From: Candidatus Omnitrophota bacterium
Lineage (GTDB): Bacteria > Omnitrophota > Gorgyraeia > Gygaellales > Profunditerraquicolaceae
Assembly (NCBI GenBank): GCA_026387255.1
Contig: JAPLMA010000060.1
Location: 465-64,464, forward strand
DNA length: 64,000 nt
Direction of reading: 5' to 3'
A program made the position numbers and the translations under genes. The notes under the pieces are model-generated. The model was not told the DNA's origin, made no database searches, and saw only the letters and a list, made by a program, of their open reading frames with translations. Shown here piece by piece: positions 40,698-50,204 of the stretch. The number at the start of each line of letters is the position of its first letter. Position 1 is the first letter of the stretch.

Positions 40698-41716
40698 TGA
40701 TTATTGTTTTAAAACCCGATGCTTCTTTAGAGCAAATTGATCATATTATTGAAAAAGTTAAAGCGCTGGGCTTGACTCCGCATGTCTCCAAGGGCTCAGA
40801 AAGAACAATCATCGGTGTTATTGGGCCGGAGGATATATTACGGATTACGCCCTTGGAAGTTTTTGGGGGAGTAGAGAATGTTATTCCGGTATTGGCACCA
40901 TTTCGGTTAGTTTCTCGGGAGTTTAAAAAAGAAGACTCAGTAATTGATTTAGGTAAGGGTGTAAAAATCGGAGGAAAAGAAGTAGTGATTATGGCTGGTC
41001 CATGCACCATTGAAAATATTGATAGTTTATTTGAGATTGCCCGAGAAGTTAAGAAAGCCGGTGCAACTGTACTGCGCGGAGGCGCTTTTAAACCCCGCAG
41101 TTCTCCTTATAGTTTTCAAGGTTTGGGTAAGGCCGGCTTGCAAATGCTTAAGCAGGTTGGCAATGAGTTAGATTTAGTTACTGTAAGTGAGGTTATGGAT
41201 AGTTGTGAGGTGGGTTTAGTTGCCGACTATGTGGATGTTTTGCAAATTGGCTGTCGTAATATGCAGAATTTTAACCTGGTAAAAGAGGTGGGCGCGACTA
41301 AAAAGCCCGTGGTTTTAAAACGAGGAATGGCTTCTACGGTTAAAGATATGCTCATGTCTGCGGAATACATATTAAGCGGTGGGAATTTTTCAGTAATTCT
41401 TTGCGAGAGAGGGATCCGCACTTTTGAAGATTCTACGCGTAATACTTTAGATATTAGTGCGGTACCGGTAACCAAACAGCTTTCGCATTTACCGATTATC
41501 ATTGATCCATCGCATGCTGCCGGAAAATGGAACTGGGTACCGGCTTTATCTAAAGCCGCGATTGCCGCCGGAGCCGATGGTTTAATCATTGAAGTGCATA
41601 ATCATCCGGAAGAAGCAGTTTCTGATGGGGCGCAGTCACTTATTCCAAGCAAATTCCTTGATCTGATGGGTGAACTTAAAGCCGTGGCTAATTCTGTAGG
41701 AAGGAAAATTTCATGA
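40697..41716 (+). CDS. DAHP synthase (type I-beta with N-terminal ferredoxin-like regulatory domain)
   Basis: N-terminal ACT-like domain followed by a KDO8P/DAHP-synthase TIM barrel (GPCTIEN, KRG, DPSHA). Confidence 0.8.
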   Translation: MIIVLKPDASLEQIDHIIEKVKALGLTPHVSKGSERTIIGVIGPEDILRITPLEVFGGVENVIPVLAPFRLVSREFKKEDSVIDLGKGVKIGGKEVVIMAGPCTIENIDSLFEIAREVKKAGATVLRGGAFKPRSSPYSFQGLGKAGLQMLKQVGNELDLVTVSEVMDSCEVGLVADYVDVLQIGCRNMQNFNLVKEVGATKKPVVLKRGMASTVKDMLMSAEYILSGGNFSVILCERGIRTFEDSTRNTLDISAVPVTKQLSHLPIIIDPSHAAGKWNWVPALSKAAIAAGADGLIIEVHNHPEEAVSDGAQSLIPSKFLDLMGELKAVANSVGRKIS

Positions 41717-42543
41717 TTTTGTTTAATAAAATCGTAATTATCGGTACCGGCCTAATCGGAGGATCACTAGGCTTAGCCTTAAAGAAGCAGCATTTAGCCG
41801 GTTGTGTTATTGGTTTAAGCCGGCAGCGGAAAAATTCCAGGCGAGCTAAAAAGGTTGGTGCTATTGATGCCATTGGCTCTTCATTGGAGGTAGTGGCAGA
41901 TGCGGATTTAGTTATTTTAGCCACGCCCATTGATACAATCATTGATCTTGCTGGGAGGATTTCGAATAAATTAAAAAAAGGTTGCATTGTGATTGATGTT
42001 GGCAGCAGTAAAGAACGCATTGTCTCTAAATTAAGCGCTCTTATTCCTAATTTTTTAGGTTGCCATCCTTTGGCTGGATCCGAGAAAAGTGGAATTACTA
42101 ATTTACAAGATGGTATTTTTAAAGGTTCAATTTGCATTATTACTCCTACAGCTAAAACTAATCCTTATGCCTTAAATAAGGTTAAGTTGCTTTGGAATAA
42201 ACTGGGCGCCAAGATTGTTATTCTTTCCGCAAAAAAGCACGATCAGGCCCTGGCGTTTACTAGCCACTTGCCGCATGCATTAGCCTTTTCGTTAATTAGC
42301 GCAATACCGGAGAGATTCTTAAAAATAAGTTCTGGTAGTTTAAGAGATACGACACGAATTTCTAGCTCTGATGCCAATCTCTGGAGTGAAATATTTTTAA
42401 GTAATCGTGCTAACTTATTAACTGCCCTATCGATTTTTCAGATAAAACTCACCGCTTTAAAACTTGCCTTAGAAAGTGGGAATAAGAAACCTCTGGTAAG
42501 CATTCTTGTATCGGCAAATAAAAAACGAGAAAAATTAAAATGA
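41713..42543 (+). CDS. tyrA: Prephenate dehydrogenase
   Basis: IIGTGLIGGS Rossmann fold and HPLAGSE. Confidence 0.75.
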   Translation: MILFNKIVIIGTGLIGGSLGLALKKQHLAGCVIGLSRQRKNSRRAKKVGAIDAIGSSLEVVADADLVILATPIDTIIDLAGRISNKLKKGCIVIDVGSSKERIVSKLSALIPNFLGCHPLAGSEKSGITNLQDGIFKGSICIITPTAKTNPYALNKVKLLWNKLGAKIVILSAKKHDQALAFTSHLPHALAFSLISAIPERFLKISSGSLRDTTRISSSDANLWSEIFLSNRANLLTALSIFQIKLTALKLALESGNKKPLVSILVSANKKREKLK

Positions 42544-43193
42544 TTATTGCTATTGACGGCCCAGCAGGAGCAGGGAAAAGCACCGTGGCTAAGATTTTGG
42601 CGCAAAAGCTGGGTTTTCTTTATATTGATACCGGGGCAATGTATCGGGCTCTGACTTGGAAAGTTTTAGAGAATAATGTGCCAATAAATGATGCGCAAAA
42701 AATTATTCAACTGGCTCAGGGGATTAAAATTGACCTGCGCAACAATTCAGATGGATCATTAACGGTTATGCTTGATGGCAAAGATGTTTCATTAGCTATC
42801 CGCCAGGCGAGGATTACGCAGTTTGTTTCGGATGTGGCTAAGCTTAAAGAGGTGCGCCAGGTATTGGTGCAGATGCAAAGAGAGTTTGGCCAAAAAGGAG
42901 ACTGCGTTTTAGACGGCAGGGATATTGGCACGGTTGTTTTTCCATCTGCTGCGAAAAAGTTTTTTATTGATGCTTCCGCAGCTGAGCGGGTCAAGCGACG
43001 TTTCGAAGAATTAAAAGTTCTGGGTCAGTCGGTTTCAGAAAATGAAGTAGCTGGCGATTTAGCTAATCGGGATAAAATTGATTCTACCCGAGAGACTTCG
43101 CCTTTACGCCAAGCGCCAGATGCAATTTATATTGATACAACGGATTTATCAATAGAACAAGTTGTAGCTAAGATGCTTGGATTTATAAGATAA
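42540..43193 (+). CDS. cmk: Cytidylate kinase
   Basis: IAIDGPAGAGKST with the Cmk length. Confidence 0.9.
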   Translation: MIIAIDGPAGAGKSTVAKILAQKLGFLYIDTGAMYRALTWKVLENNVPINDAQKIIQLAQGIKIDLRNNSDGSLTVMLDGKDVSLAIRQARITQFVSDVAKLKEVRQVLVQMQREFGQKGDCVLDGRDIGTVVFPSAAKKFFIDASAAERVKRRFEELKVLGQSVSENEVAGDLANRDKIDSTRETSPLRQAPDAIYIDTTDLSIEQVVAKMLGFIR

Positions 43194-44993
43194 ATGGATA
43201 GGACATTACTTAGGAATTTTTCGATTATTGCGCATATTGACCATGGTAAATCTACTTTAGCTGACCGAATATTAGAGATTACCGGAGCGGTTGATCTGCG
43301 GCATAAAGGCGATCAACTCCTAGATGATATGGAGCTGGAAAAGGAACGGGGCATTACGATTAAAGCTTCAATGGTTAGGTTGAATTATTTTTCTAAAAAA
43401 TTTAATCAAGAATATACCTTAAACCTTATTGATACTCCCGGCCACGTAGATTTTACTTATGAAGTATCTAAGTCTTTAGCTGCCTGTGAAGGTGCGGTGT
43501 TGGTAGTAGATGCCGGCCAAGGGATTGAAGCACAAACTGTAGCAAATTATTATCTGGCCTTAGAAAACAATCTACAGGTTATCCCGGTAATTAATAAAGT
43601 GGATTTAATTTCTGCCGATGTGAGCCGGGTTAAAATGCAGGTAGAGACTGTTTTGGGGTTTAAAGAAGAAGAGATTATCCTGGCTTCCGCCAAAGAAGGT
43701 CAGGGAGTGATTGAAATCCTAGACAGGATTATTCAAACGATTCCTAGTCCTGGTGGCCAAATAGAGGGAGCACTTAAAGCTTTAATTTTTGACTGTCGTT
43801 TTGATGCTTTTAAAGGAGTAGTAGTTTTTGTAAAAATTATTGATGGGATGATTACTCCTAAAACACAATTGAAAATGTTTCATGCCGGCAAGGTTTACAA
43901 AATCGAAGAATTGGGTGTTTTTAAAGACTTGAAATATTCTGCCGTAGATAGTTTGACCTGCGGTGAAGTGGGGTATTTTACCGCTAACATGCGTGATCCT
44001 CGGGAGGTAATTATCGGAGACACAATTACCGATCCGAAAAATCCCTGCCAGCAGGCTTTGCCCGGTTACCGCAAGGTTAAACCTTTGGTATTCTGTGGTA
44101 TTTATCCGGTCAACCCGGCGGATTTTACGGAATTGCGCGATGCCATGGATAAATTAAAGCTTTCTGATGCTTCTTTTGTGTTTGAACCGGAAAATTCCCA
44201 GTCTTTTGGAACAGGTTTTCGTTGCGGATTTCTGGGCCTTTTGCATATGGAAATTGTTCAAGAAAGGCTTGAGCGCGAGTATGACTTAAATCTTATTCTT
44301 ACCGTGCCGAATGTCGTTTATCGCATAAAAACAAAGTCCGGAGAGCTGATAGAAGTAGATACGCCAATGAAGCTTTGTGCATCCGGCGATATTGCCGAAG
44401 CGCAAGAGCCATTTGCCAGTTTGCTAATGATTGTGCCGGTTGATTCTATAGAGGCAATTTGCGATTTTACTAAATCTCGCCGAGGAGTATTTGTTTCCAA
44501 TGAATATTTAGGTGAGGACCGCGTAAAAGTAGTATTTTCGATCCCGCTTTCTGAAATTATTGTGGATTTTTATGATCGCATGAAATCGATTACCCGGGGT
44601 TATGGTTCTATGGATTACGAAGTTAAGGAATATCTACCGACAAAAATAGTTAAACTTGACATCTTGTTAAATGGCCAAATTTGCGATGCTTTTTCTTCGC
44701 TAATGTTTAAAGAAAAGGCAATGAGCAAAGCGCACTTGCTAGTTTCTAAGCTTAAAGAGTTGATTCCGCGACAACTCTTTGAAGTAACTATTCAGGCCTC
44801 AGTAGGCAGTCAGATTCTAGCTTCGGAAAAAGTGCGCTCTGTCGGTAAAAATGCCACCAGTAAGTGTTCCGGTGGCGATATTACCCGTAAGCGCAAACTT
44901 TGGGAGACTCAGAAAAAAGGTAAGCAGAGGCTGAAGCAATTTGGCAAAGTACAGATACCACAAGAAGCATTTCTGGAGATATTAAAAATATGA
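43194..44993 (+). CDS. lepA: Elongation factor 4
   Basis: IRNFSIIAHIDHGKSTL, DTPGHVDF and LepA C-terminal domains. Confidence 0.95.
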   Translation: MDRTLLRNFSIIAHIDHGKSTLADRILEITGAVDLRHKGDQLLDDMELEKERGITIKASMVRLNYFSKKFNQEYTLNLIDTPGHVDFTYEVSKSLAACEGAVLVVDAGQGIEAQTVANYYLALENNLQVIPVINKVDLISADVSRVKMQVETVLGFKEEEIILASAKEGQGVIEILDRIIQTIPSPGGQIEGALKALIFDCRFDAFKGVVVFVKIIDGMITPKTQLKMFHAGKVYKIEELGVFKDLKYSAVDSLTCGEVGYFTANMRDPREVIIGDTITDPKNPCQQALPGYRKVKPLVFCGIYPVNPADFTELRDAMDKLKLSDASFVFEPENSQSFGTGFRCGFLGLLHMEIVQERLEREYDLNLILTVPNVVYRIKTKSGELIEVDTPMKLCASGDIAEAQEPFASLLMIVPVDSIEAICDFTKSRRGVFVSNEYLGEDRVKVVFSIPLSEIIVDFYDRMKSITRGYGSMDYEVKEYLPTKIVKLDILLNGQICDAFSSLMFKEKAMSKAHLLVSKLKELIPRQLFEVTIQASVGSQILASEKVRSVGKNATSKCSGGDITRKRKLWETQKKGKQRLKQFGKVQIPQEAFLEILKI

Positions 44994-45565
44994 GTTTAAA
45001 GAAAAAATCCGTAATCCGTGACTGGATCGAATCAATTATCATTGCTTTTCTGTTGGCTTTAGTCATCCGTGCTTTCTTAGTTCAAGCCTTTAAAATTCCT
45101 ACCGGGAGCATGCGCATGACTTTAATTGAAGGTGACCTGATTCTGGTAAATAAATTTATTTATGGGGCAAAGATTCCTTTTACCAACTTGCGCCTGCCTG
45201 CACTGCGCCAGCCAAAAAGAGGGGATGTGATTGTTTTTATTTACCCGGAAGATAAGAGCAAAGATTTTATTAAAAGGTTGGTCGGGCTTCCCGGTGATTT
45301 GGTTGAAATTAAAGGTGGTTCAATTTATATTAATGATAAACCCGCTGCGGAAGCAATTTTTAATCAGATTTATTATTATAACCGAGGCCAATTGGCTTTG
45401 CCGGGACAAATGATGGTTGTGCCTGCGGATAGCTATTTTGTTTTAGGTGATAATTCTGCTACTTCTAAAGATAGCCGCTATTGGGGATTTGTACCCAAAA
45501 ATAATTTACTGGGGAAAGCAATAATTATCTATTGGCCGCTGCAACGTATAAAGTTAATTAAATGA
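44990..45565 (+). CDS. lepB: Signal peptidase I
   Basis: S26 boxes (PTGSMRMTL, GDNS..S.DSRYWG). Confidence 0.85.
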   Translation: MSLKKKSVIRDWIESIIIAFLLALVIRAFLVQAFKIPTGSMRMTLIEGDLILVNKFIYGAKIPFTNLRLPALRQPKRGDVIVFIYPEDKSKDFIKRLVGLPGDLVEIKGGSIYINDKPAAEAIFNQIYYYNRGQLALPGQMMVVPADSYFVLGDNSATSKDSRYWGFVPKNNLLGKAIIIYWPLQRIKLIK

Positions 45566-45632
45566 ACCCATTCCTGCAGATGGTTCATTTTGACAAAGTT
45601 ATGAATTCAATAAGCAAGAGAGGAAGAGCTAG

Positions 45633-46196
45633 ATGAACATTGCTAATAAGATTTCTACATTCCGTATCTTAAGTGTTCCATTTTTTATTGCTTGCCTGGT
45701 TTATTACGCACCAGAAAAAGTATATTTAAAAAATTTGGCTTTAGCTATATTTGTTTTGGGCGTTATTTCTGATGGTTTAGATGGCTATATCGCCAGAAAG
45801 ACCAAGATGCAATCAAAAGCAGGATTAATTTTAGATCCGTTGGGTGATAAGCTTTTGTTAATGAGTGCTTTTATATTTTTATCACCAATCTGCCGGTTGG
45901 GATTAAAATTTCCGCTTTGGGTGAGTTTTATTGTGATCTCGCGGGACTTAATTATTATTATGGGGGCAGTGGTTATCTATATCGTTAAGCAGAATTTAGA
46001 TGTCCATCCCACCAAATTGGGTAAGCTGACCACTATTTTTCAGATGCTTTCGGTGGTTTGTGTTTTATTGCAATGGAAGCTGGCGATCTTGATTTGGTGG
46101 CCGGCAGTAATTTTTAGCGTTATTTCAGGGATCGATTACGTAAAAAGAGGGTTTAAAATTTTATATGCTTCCGACAATCATCGCGCTACTAGCTAG
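45633..46196 (+). CDS. CDP-alcohol phosphatidyltransferase (PgsA-like)
   Basis: DG..DG..AR...........G...DP..DK motif, with membrane-spanning segments. Confidence 0.7.
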   Translation: MNIANKISTFRILSVPFFIACLVYYAPEKVYLKNLALAIFVLGVISDGLDGYIARKTKMQSKAGLILDPLGDKLLLMSAFIFLSPICRLGLKFPLWVSFIVISRDLIIIMGAVVIYIVKQNLDVHPTKLGKLTTIFQMLSVVCVLLQWKLAILIWWPAVIFSVISGIDYVKRGFKILYASDNHRATS

Positions 46197-46803
46197 TTAT
46201 TTATTAGGCTCTATACCTACGGCTTATCTTTTTGGCAAGGCTCTAAAAGGGATAGATATCCGCAAGGTTGGATCAGGTAATGTGGGGGCAACCAATGCCC
46301 TGCGTGTCCTGGGAAAAGGTGCCGGCATAACGGTGCTACTTTTGGATATATTAAAAGGCTTGATCGCAGTTACTTTTTTGGCGAACTTTTTTGTCTTTAA
46401 GACTATATTAGGGCAGGAACAAAACTTACGTATTTTCATGGGGTTATGTTGTATTTGCGGCCACAATTGGACTATCTTCTTACAGTTTAAAGGAGGAAAG
46501 GGAATCGCTACTTCATTCGGTGTATTGTTAGGCCTGGCGATGAAAATACCCGGATTAAATATAATAGTTGGATTAATAATCTTATCCTGGTTTCTTGTTT
46601 TTTTTAGCTTTAGAATGGTCTCACTAGCTTCAATTGCAGCAGCTTTGACTTTACCAATTTATTGTTTTCTATTTAAACAGCCCTTGTTGCTTATCGGGCT
46701 GGGTTTATTCCTCTGTATTTTTGTAATCATCCGGCATAAAGCCAATCTGGTGAGGATCTTTCAAGGCAAAGAACCTCATTTGTACTTTAACCATCCCAAG
46801 TAA
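46165..46803 (+). CDS. plsY: Glycerol-3-phosphate acyltransferase PlsY
   Basis: GSGNVGATNALR and HNW motifs. Confidence 0.85.
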   Translation: MLPTIIALLASYLLGSIPTAYLFGKALKGIDIRKVGSGNVGATNALRVLGKGAGITVLLLDILKGLIAVTFLANFFVFKTILGQEQNLRIFMGLCCICGHNWTIFLQFKGGKGIATSFGVLLGLAMKIPGLNIIVGLIILSWFLVFFSFRMVSLASIAAALTLPIYCFLFKQPLLLIGLGLFLCIFVIIRHKANLVRIFQGKEPHLYFNHPK

Positions 46804-46840
46804 TAAACCTCGTCGGTAATTTTAGCAACCGCTTTCTTTC

Positions 46841-46875
46841 TTAGGCTAAATTGTATTGATTTAGCCTAATTTTTC
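46841..46875 (+). terminator. Rho-independent terminator after plsY
   Basis: 10-bp perfect stem ttaggctaaa/tttagcctaa, 9-nt loop and a tttttc tail. Confidence 0.7.
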
Positions 46876-46971
46876 TTGCATACTTTACTTGAAATTAAAA
46901 GTATCTCACCAGCCACAGGAGAAACCGGGTTACCAGCAAAATGGTAACCCGGTTAACTAAAGGAATAGTAA

Positions 46972-47310
46972 ATGCGAGATCTACTTTATAAAAATTTGAC
47001 TTCTCCTAATCGGGGCCGTAAAATAATCGCTAGCTCTGAGATAACCGAAAAAGACGGCGTGCATAGTGTAGTGCGCCGGCATTTTGCTTATATCGTCAAA
47101 TCAATTAAAAGCAGCGCTGAAATTAAAACACAGCCTTATCTCTATGTCTTAAAGGAACGAAATACTAAACAGAAACGGGAGCATTTTTTTTGCAAGATAA
47201 AAGGAAGTATTCTGGCGTTAAATCAAGGAAAATTAATGCATATTTCATTTCTCCATACCTTAAATGTTGAGCTTACTGCCTCTGTAAAATTAAGCCCAAC
47301 AAATTGGTAA
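46972..47310 (+). CDS. Hypothetical protein (112 aa)
   Basis: ORF with an aaaggaa RBS; no family recognised. Confidence 0.3.
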   Translation: MRDLLYKNLTSPNRGRKIIASSEITEKDGVHSVVRRHFAYIVKSIKSSAEIKTQPYLYVLKERNTKQKREHFFCKIKGSILALNQGKLMHISFLHTLNVELTASVKLSPTNW

Positions 47311-47325
47311 ATCGGCTGATTTTTG

Positions 47326-47353
47326 TTGACATATATTTCTAGTTGCATATAAT
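47326..47353 (+). promoter_or_regulatory. Promoter TTGACA, 16 nt, TATAAT ending 10 nt before the ATG at 47363 (near-leaderless transcript)
   Basis: Consensus hexamers read directly. Confidence 0.5.
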
Positions 47354-47362
47354 AATAGCAGT

Positions 47363-50113
47363 ATGTTAAAGCTATTATTTAAATATAACTGCATAGCGCT
47401 AGTTTCTTTAGCGCTATTATTTTTATCCACGACTTCAGTTTTTGCAGAAAGCCAAGCCGTAGATTATCTTTGTGAATTGGGTAAAAGCTTTTATTCTCTG
47501 GGTAAAGCTGAAGATGCCCTTGCGGAATTTAATAAGGTTCTACTGGTTGATCCTGACAATCAGCTGGCCAAAGAGTATATCAGCAAGATATTTAATGAGA
47601 ATTCATCTGCTCAAGAGCTCACATCCCCATTATCAAAGGAAGAGGCCATGAATCAAGAGTTGGCTAAGTTTAAGCAGCAGCAAGTTGCTACTGCTTATCT
47701 TTATGGTTACCCGGATTTAATACCCAAGGAAAAAGAGGTAGATCGGGGATTAAAGGTTGGCCCGTTAAAAATAACCGGAGAGACACAACTTAGTTTTGGA
47801 ATCACTCCAGGTGATTTTATCTGGAAAAGAGCTAACTTTGATTTAAATGAAAAATATAATAGTTGGCGCCCAACGTCATATGCTGGATTTAACCGTGGCT
47901 TTAATACGTATGACCCCAGAATCTATGATTCGCTAAGCGTAAATGTGGATACGGAGAATAAAGATGGTTTAAATTTTCATACTAATGTTACTGTTGATCC
48001 CTGGAGTTTCACCGGAAAAAGTAATAAAATTACAGTTACTAATCTGGCGGGTACTGATTCTGCTGATTTACAGTTGTATTATTGGTCAAATACCGGGTAT
48101 ACAGTAAATAATAATATATTCTCAGTATTAGGCACTACTTTAAATGTGCCTGAAATAAAGGTAGCTGATGGCCAAACCAATGCTATGGATATATCAAATA
48201 CACCGGCAACAAATGCCAATACATTTAGTATTCCAGCATTGAAGATTTATCGTGAATTTCAACCGGTGCGCGAGTTATGGTTAGATTATACTAATGACCA
48301 GATTAAGTTTCGGGCTTTCCCGATTGGGTATCAGGATCAGGCTTATTCATCAGATGACCCTATGGGCATAACCAATCGTCATATCTGGTGGCAGGATAGT
48401 CCATGGCTGCGAAGGTATCTTCCCGGAACCTATCGTTCTGCTGGTACAGCCGCCCCAAGTTTTACTAAAGGCTACTGGGATGATTCGCTTTCATTTTTAT
48501 CTAAAGATAGTACCGGTAAGTATCTTACCGCGTTAAGAGGTTTTTCGTTTTCTTTTGCTCCGCAAGAGCAAACATCTTTTGATACCACGATTGCCACACC
48601 AAAACATCTTTGGCAGGATTACGGAGTGGTCGATAATCTCATCTCGGCCAGCCGCTTAAAACATTACTTTACGGATAGTTTTATGCTCGGTGGCACGTTT
48701 ACTACGCGCACAGGATTTAAAACTGACCCGCAAAAGCTGGATAGTGAAAACTTTGTCGGTGGCCTAGATTTAGGTTATGAGATCATTGATGGCATGAAGG
48801 CGCAGGCAGAAATTTTGACCTCGCAATCTTTTTACGATATGACTAACTCTGATTATAAAACTAAAGCCCGCGGGAATGCCTATTATTTTGCTTTTATCGG
48901 CCGCTATCCACAGAAAAGTATTATGGATTTAAAATACGGTTACGATGAAATTACTATCGATAAGGATGAAAACTATCTTTTGAAAAGCAAGTTTTATCTA
49001 AGTCGTATGGATAAAGGGTTTGATGCATCATTATCTAACTTTAGCAATACGCGTCAGGATACTGGCTGGAGCAGGCATATTCATTTTCGCCGGCCCATGG
49101 AGTATTATTATCTTGGCTTAACTAAACCTGCGGATGCGGATAAATGGGGACAGCTTAATGCCACGCGTATTGGCGATGGTATTGACGCAGGGAGAAATAC
49201 TTTAGGTTTTCGTTTTGAGACATTTTTAGATGATCGATTATATAATCTCTTCGATCTGCGTAATGTACATGATATAAATGGAAAATTTATTGAAAATGTC
49301 GTACGTGATGAGCTTTCGGTAAGAGTCACTGACAAATTAACGGCTAAAGTTTTAGGTATTTATCAAAAACTTCCCAAGACATTGGGTGGTACTGACCCTT
49401 TTATTTATTCCGGCAATACGGGTGATTATTATTTAAATTCAGCCGTTACTGATGGTCAGGACCCCACCATAAAAACAGGATCTTTTGGCTTAAATTACGA
49501 CTTTTTCGATTGGTTAAGTTTAGATGGTATTTATGAACGTACTAATGATTATTCTTTAGGCTATGATAATTTTCCGCGCAATGTCTTAAGAAATGATTCT
49601 ACTTTAAATAGTGTTTATTATCAAAATGATCTGGCTTATCGTTATGTAAACCCGTTTCTCTACCAACAAGAGAATTTCCCTCAAGCGCCATATGAGTTTT
49701 ATAATATTTTTAAAATGGGGTTAAGGGTTTCTCCTCTAGAGAATATGGATATCTACTTAGATTATACACGTAACGAATTCCAGGCTGCAAGTTTAAACTC
49801 GGATAATATGAACCATGTGGGCCTGGAGATGACTTATATGCCGACTCCAAAATTCGGTATGTTGCTTAAGTATATATATTCACGTTGCCAGGATGTTGAC
49901 CGGTTAGTAAGTGGAATCACAGAGCCTGTAGGCCACCACAACTTTTACGGTGAATTCAGGTATCTTCCTTCCAAGGATGACGAAATTATTCTGCAATACG
50001 GAGAAGGCAACTCTAGTGCCATCGGCAATATGAATTTAGATCCCTATGGTGGCAGCATGCTTACTTTAGATACACAGCATATTATCCGCGCTTATTACCG
50101 CCGCAGATTTTAA
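47363..50113 (+). CDS. Large outer-membrane protein (signal peptide, TPR-like N-terminus, beta-barrel-like body, C-terminal Phe)
   Basis: Cleavable signal peptide. The beta-strand-rich Y/G/T/N composition and the terminal ...YYRRRF are typical of OM beta-barrels. 916 aa; no family assigned. Confidence 0.45.
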   Translation: MLKLLFKYNCIALVSLALLFLSTTSVFAESQAVDYLCELGKSFYSLGKAEDALAEFNKVLLVDPDNQLAKEYISKIFNENSSAQELTSPLSKEEAMNQELAKFKQQQVATAYLYGYPDLIPKEKEVDRGLKVGPLKITGETQLSFGITPGDFIWKRANFDLNEKYNSWRPTSYAGFNRGFNTYDPRIYDSLSVNVDTENKDGLNFHTNVTVDPWSFTGKSNKITVTNLAGTDSADLQLYYWSNTGYTVNNNIFSVLGTTLNVPEIKVADGQTNAMDISNTPATNANTFSIPALKIYREFQPVRELWLDYTNDQIKFRAFPIGYQDQAYSSDDPMGITNRHIWWQDSPWLRRYLPGTYRSAGTAAPSFTKGYWDDSLSFLSKDSTGKYLTALRGFSFSFAPQEQTSFDTTIATPKHLWQDYGVVDNLISASRLKHYFTDSFMLGGTFTTRTGFKTDPQKLDSENFVGGLDLGYEIIDGMKAQAEILTSQSFYDMTNSDYKTKARGNAYYFAFIGRYPQKSIMDLKYGYDEITIDKDENYLLKSKFYLSRMDKGFDASLSNFSNTRQDTGWSRHIHFRRPMEYYYLGLTKPADADKWGQLNATRIGDGIDAGRNTLGFRFETFLDDRLYNLFDLRNVHDINGKFIENVVRDELSVRVTDKLTAKVLGIYQKLPKTLGGTDPFIYSGNTGDYYLNSAVTDGQDPTIKTGSFGLNYDFFDWLSLDGIYERTNDYSLGYDNFPRNVLRNDSTLNSVYYQNDLAYRYVNPFLYQQENFPQAPYEFYNIFKMGLRVSPLENMDIYLDYTRNEFQAASLNSDNMNHVGLEMTYMPTPKFGMLLKYIYSRCQDVDRLVSGITEPVGHHNFYGEFRYLPSKDDEIILQYGEGNSSAIGNMNLDPYGGSMLTLDTQHIIRAYYRRRF

Positions 50114-50127
50114 TACTAAAAAATAAT

Positions 50128-50204
50128 CCGGGTAGTTAGTAGCCAGTAGTTAGTATATAGGGTTATCCTAAATGCTATCTACTAACTACTGGCTACCCGT
50201 TTTT
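50128..50204. terminator. Bidirectional rho-independent terminator between convergent genes
   Basis: Long stem ccgggtag..tagttagta / tactaactactggctacccg, flanked by an A-run on the left and a T-run on the right. Confidence 0.7.

Noticed and set aside
46972-47310. PilZ (c-di-GMP binding) identity for the 112-aa hypothetical protein
   Set aside because: There is an RxR-like NRGRK stretch, but the downstream D/NxSxxG motif is absent. The call would be speculative.
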